Shown piece by piece: positions 58,860 through 64,000 of a DNA stretch of 64,000 nucleotides. The stretch is from Eledone cirrhosa (lineage: Eukaryota). Location: contig OZ024741.1 of the NCBI GenBank assembly GCA_964016885.1, forward strand, positions 378,200,001 through 378,264,000, written 5' to 3'. The notes under the pieces were generated by a model. That model saw only the letters and a program-made list of their open reading frames with translations, had not been told where the DNA came from and ran no database searches. The position numbers and the translations under genes were made by a program. Numbering within the stretch: position 1 is the stretch's first letter; each line of letters opens with the position of its first letter.

Positions 58860-60300
58860 GTAATCATTAGCATTAGCATAAAACATGACAATAATTACAA
58901 TCCACCCAATCTTCTGCTTGAGTGTCACCATTATCATCACTAGCAGAAAAACCACCCTCGGGTGGTTTTCTGCAATAGCATGTGTAGTGTGTATATTGAT
59001 ATTATACGCAAGTATATATACATGTAGATATGATACAAATAAAATCGCCACCGGAATTGTTGACATCACACACTCTCTCTTTCTATATATATGGTAGTTG
59101 AAGTGGTGGTGGTGGTGGTGGCAAGGATATACCGGAAGTGCAACTTTGAAAAGAAGTCAATTTTAAATTATTTATTTTTACCAATTTATTTTTGTTTACG
59201 AAATTTAGTAGATACATTATGTAATATTCATTCATTATGTATTCAAAGTAATCCAACTTACTTTACTAACGGGATGAAAAAAAAACCGTACGCAGTCCGC
59301 AGACCTTCCTTTATTAGAGTTTAGATTATGATTACTGTTATGTTCATCTCAGTATTGGAGAGAGGAGGGAGTGCTTATTTAATAAAATTGAGTCAATATG
59401 CTACAATCCAAATAAATAGATGAATGAACGGAAAACAGAAGATACCACAAACTAGATTCTTACTAAAACGCTTATATCAATCTTGGTTTCTCATTTTACA
59501 CACACATTTTCTTTAAATTTGACGTCAGCTTCTGCCCGAAATATTGAATTTCTCCCGTTTTCACCTCCAAATATGTAATTGAAATTATCTTATGAATTCT
59601 AATGTTTCTCATTAATTGTTTGTGAATGGAGGAACTATTCAATAAGAAATGATAATATAATAAAGGGAGGAGTGCAGAACTGTGTCCTGAATATATATTT
59701 TATCCCGTTAGTAAAATAAGTTGGATTATTTTGAATAAATCATGAATGAATATTACATAATTTAAGTCCTGAATTTCAAAGCTCTTGATTAAACATAAAT
59801 ATTCCTATATACAATGATTACTTATTTCAAGATTCACTTCTTTTAAAGTTTTCAAATGTCAACACATCCGGTTATGATATAATGTACGCTATATTATATC
59901 GCTTATATAAACGGTAATATGCTTTCATTATAATAATGTTTATATTTCCGTCGCTAATTTTCTCCTGTTTCGTTTTTATTACATTTCCCCGTAATGCAGT
60001 TTATATATAATATCGTCTTTTTTAAATGTATCATGGATTACTTTACTGATTACAGAACAGAGTGTAACACAGTGTCTCTTCAATCTTTGTATTATATTTA
60101 CAATTATGATTTTATTTGATATATCATATCTATATGCATATATATTTGCTAATAATATCAATATGCACACTAATAAGCTAGCAGAAAATCATCCTAAGGG
60201 TGTTTTCTTCTGCTAGATAATATAAAGAACAATAATTATGTTGATGCTTTTCTGCTAGTCACTTTTATATAATTACCATGGACACTAATGCTTCTTTACT
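58860..60300. repeat. old, diverged about 1.4 kb inverted repeat
   Basis: 59217-59280 is the inverse of 59698-59760. 58984-59046 is the inverse of 60107-60172. Confidence 0.65.
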
Positions 60301-60456
60301 ATTGTATACTCGCTAAAACATATAATCGATGATAAAATCATAACAAACTTTTTTCTAATCATGTATAAGTATGCACTCACACACCCACATACACACACTA
60401 ATATATCTATATGTGTATATATATATATATCTGTATATGTATATATATATATATAC

Positions 60457-60759
60457 GATAAAGAGGGGGCAGCCATCGTGTATACATATATATATATTGG
60501 AAAATGTGTGTGATCCTTAGTACAGTTAGGTTTATTTGAAAAAAAGGAAAATAATGACATTACTTGTAATGTTAAAACATTTTTGGTTAATTTTATAATA
60601 TTATAATATTATAAAATTAAATAAAAAATGTTTTAACACTACAAGTGAAGTCATTCTTCTCCTGTTTATCAAATATACCTAACTGTACCAAGGATCTCAC
60701 ACATTTTCCAATATATATATATACATATATGTATACATGATGGCTGCCCCCTCTTTCTC
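60457..60759. repeat. about 300 bp imperfect palindrome
   Basis: aaagagggggcagccatc... / ...gatggctgccccctcttt. AT-only centre at about 60603. Confidence 0.9.
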
Positions 60760-60839
60760 GAGTATGGCCATTGCACGGACTACCATCATTAATATCTATT
60801 AATTCATTGTATCGTGCAATGCCTGTGCGTGAAGATATT

Positions 60840-61320
60840 TTTTAAAGTCAGGAAAGGCTGTGCACTGAGCCAATCCAACTCTCTGAGAGACAGTAGCTAT
60901 AACACGAACAGAAGAAAAAATCAACAGCATCGGTAACTACTGAGCAGCAGGTTTTATATCGGAGTTATCCCATTTTCCTGAGTTCCCTTCTCCTAGAAGA
61001 ATGCCGTGATAAAGGCTGGTGGTCTTTCCCTCCCAGTGGTTTAACCGCGCGATCGGGTGTCGAGCCCAACTATTTCTATGTCACCGCACATATATACATA
61101 TATATAAATATACATGTGTATATTCATATTTACACACATTTGGATGGCCGTTGACTTTTATGAGTTCTTCCACCTTTTGTCAGGTTTAGTTTTTTGTCCT
61201 GCAGGGTGTCTGAAATAGCCCTCATCACAAAGTAAATTGGTGGGGTTGCCGGTTTAGTCGCCGACGATCCGTCCATGTGACAGGTTCTGCTGGGTTACAT
61301 GTTACATGTGACCCGACATA
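60840..61320 (-). repeat. probable RTE-like LINE 5' leader fragment
   Basis: Minus-strand agcctt..ggca..ctaggagaagggaactc motif plus the block shared with 9010-9200. Confidence 0.45.
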
Positions 61321-61403
61321 TATATATATCATAGATTGAGTTATATACGCAAAATAGTCTTTTACAATTAAGTAGCTCAAAGAAGGGATTCTTTCCGGGC
61401 CGT

Positions 61404-62070
61404 GTAATATAATTGGATATATGAGAAGGATGTCCACATATATAAGTATACATATGTTCCAATTGCAAATAACCAAGTTAGCTAGGTTGAAAAAATACTA
61501 ATTTAAAAGAATATGGTTTGCCCGACTCGATTTAAAGTAATAAATCAATAACAATAACAAACCTATATCGGGCAATAGCCTTCGATACCCGGACAGACCA
61601 AAATCTATATTGCAAGAATTATTAAGTAAAAGCCAGAATTCCTGTGCTCATCTGCGGGTATCCAGGAAAATTCGCACCTTTCACTTCACAGGATCTAAAA
61701 AGACTGGACGAAGTGCTGATATAAACTCACATGCCGCAGCGCCTAGTGCGTCTCAAATTCATGCCGCTATAAATAGCAACTGGGTTTATGAGACTAAGGT
61801 TAATTATACATACGGAGCCGCAGATGAGCACAGGAATTCTGGCTTTTACTTAATAATTCTTGCGAAACAGATTTTGGTCTGTTCGGGTATCGAAGGCTAT
61901 TGCCCGATATAGGTTTCTTATTTTATTGATTTATTACTTTAAATTAAGTCAGGCAAACCATATTGTTTTAAATTAGTATTTTTTCAACCTAGCTAACTTG
62001 GTCATTTGCAATTGGAACACATGTATACTTATATATGTGGACATCCTTCTCATATATCCAATTATATTAC
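61404..62070. repeat. inverted repeat with about 254 bp arms (61404-61657 / 61818-62070), each carrying a hammerhead-like motif
   Basis: Arms are clearly mirrored. The right end abuts (TA)n. Confidence 0.92.
61818..61890 (+). ncRNA. hammerhead variant (CAGAUGA core)
   Basis: ccg-CAGATGA-gcacaggaatt..aattcttgc-GAAAC aga ttttgg tct GTT-cgg. The mirror arm has a 7 bp stem I atacccg/cgggtat and GTC, but a damaged GAAA. Confidence 0.65.
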
Positions 62071-62106
62071 TTATATATATATATATATATTTATATCGAT
62101 AGATAC

Positions 62107-62144
<38 letters not shown>

Positions 62145-62158
62145 GTATATATATGTAC

Positions 62159-62268
<110 letters not shown>

Positions 62269-64000
62269 ATACATACAGACAGGCGCACATAAAAACTCAA
62301 TGTTTGATTGTACAAGAACTATAGGGTTTGTTTGAAGACCAATCAGTCTATTTCTGAATAGATGTGGTTTCACGTTTGTAGAGGTTGTTTCGCTCAATAT
62401 CATATACAATGAGGAGTTAAGCAACTCATCAGAAAACAGACGTTTGGCAAATCTTTGGGAGAAACGACGTTTTCACTTTGATTGCTTATACATCAATGTA
62501 TAACTTTCGTTTCCTTTTACTGTAAATTAATTAATTGATTTATTGTTAAGGCTATATTCAGTGCTAGACACTAATCAATATGAAGATCATTGGAAGTCAG
62601 ATATTTTTAGATGCAATCTCTCAGTTTTGATTGAGTGTATTATATATTCATAAATTCTCTAAGACAAAAATGCGTTCGAGTGAGAAAACTTTACTAACAG
62701 TGAAATAAGAATAATATGATTTAGTTATATTTCAGATATTCATTTTATAGAAGCCGTTTTCAATTCACACAATCTAATGAATTGTTTCTCAAAATTATCT
62801 ATTTTTCCACTTCAAATATGAAAATATGAAGAATATGACAACATAGGTAAAACGGACTCCAGACACCTAAATATGTATGTGAGACAATGCTGTATAATCA
62901 ATGCTTATTATTAACTTACTGAAAGTTACATTTACGTTAACATCATTGAATATTTCCTGTAATCTGTGCAATTATATATTTCGTCATATTAATCAATATT
63001 GATTATAAATTGAAATGTATATAATTCAGTTAAAACCAAATTCTTCCTATATTTCATTGCCTTCCTCTTGTATTTAAATAAATTCGTATAAAAGCAATTT
63101 ATTTTATATTTATATGCCTCTATATGCGCCGCATTGTAGGTTGTAACATACATATCTTGATTTTACAATGAACAAGCAGGGTTCATTAATGCACTGGGGA
63201 ATTTATTACTGCATACATAGCTTATGTGACAATGTTAAATTGAAATCCTTTCCTATTATCATAGAAGATAGAAAAGAACTACCATTTCATATGGATCACC
63301 ACGGCGCGAGTAGCCATTGTTGGTATAAATCCATTTGTTTATCATTTGTACAAACCAAAGATCATTGGCAACCTTATTATCAACAATGCTGTAGATCTTA
63401 ATTCTATACATAAGGCGTGCTTCCTTTCAGATAGCTTGTCCAGAAAATGTGTCTAGTGCATGTATCTAAGGTGTATAAAGTCTGGCTGGGCTATGCGTTT
63501 ATTTAATAATATTTTGGTACAATATTGTGCACATTTCGAAAGCGGAGTCTACATAAATGTGTAAATATTGTCTTCAAAAGCAACCAGGCTTATCTAGAGG
63601 TAGTTACTTACAAAACTAAATGAGGTTGCTAGGCGGCCATTACTTCAATGTTTAGGAAGTTAATTAACTGAAAAATGTTGGAACTTAATTTAGCTGTGTA
63701 CATTATCATATTCTATGTGACATTATGATAACCAACATACATTTCCGATCGATTATGATATGTATTGGAGACCTATGTGTCTGTATCGGAAATACACAAA
63801 TTAAATGTAGCACTGGAATATTAGTTATATCATTACCTATTAGATTGGCTAGTTAATTTTCGTCGACGCCTAGAGTTTCCCCAAGTACGTTGCCGCTCTT
63901 CCCCTCCACTAATCCTTTATAGAACGCCAAGGTGGAGTTTCCTCCGATCACATTGCCCGCCTGGTCCAGGGCCATGAGCGACTGAAGACATTCCATTCAC

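Noticed and set aside
63250-63427. Minus-strand stretch of about 55 codons (…WFVQMINKWIYTNNGYSRRGDPYEM) as a host exon
   Set aside because: Weak splice signals and no recognisable domain, so it cannot be supported without a search.

Overview
AT-rich, microsatellite-dense eukaryotic DNA with no recognisable host gene. The tRNA-headed SINE and repeat landscape resemble octopod/cephalopod genomes; this is an inference from recognition, not a database match. The window is almost entirely retroelement-derived. It holds the 5' end of a probable L1/Tx1 LINE, two different R4/Dong elements stacked in a (TAA)n tract, a near-complete Neptune-type Penelope-like element (PLE) with tandem and inverted pseudo-LTRs, two Naiad-type PLE 3' fragments, three more decayed PLEs, old LINE relics, SINEs, a mariner-type MITE and a Helentron-like element. 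The main hidden signal is more than 20 type I hammerhead ribozyme (HHR) motifs, found and folded by eye. Many carry the U3-A8 core variant (UUGANAA) or greatly extended stem II domains. Several sit in non-coding partial-tandem monomers of about 305-520 nt with an inverted arm, inserted in (TA)n. These look like retrozymes, i.e. putative self-cleaving circular RNAs mobilised by PLEs, and their copies show compensatory base changes. One such family is fused to the 5' end of both Naiad fragments at nearly the same monomer position, suggesting a Naiad/retrozyme helper-parasite pair. Element boundaries are approximate (a few to tens of nt).
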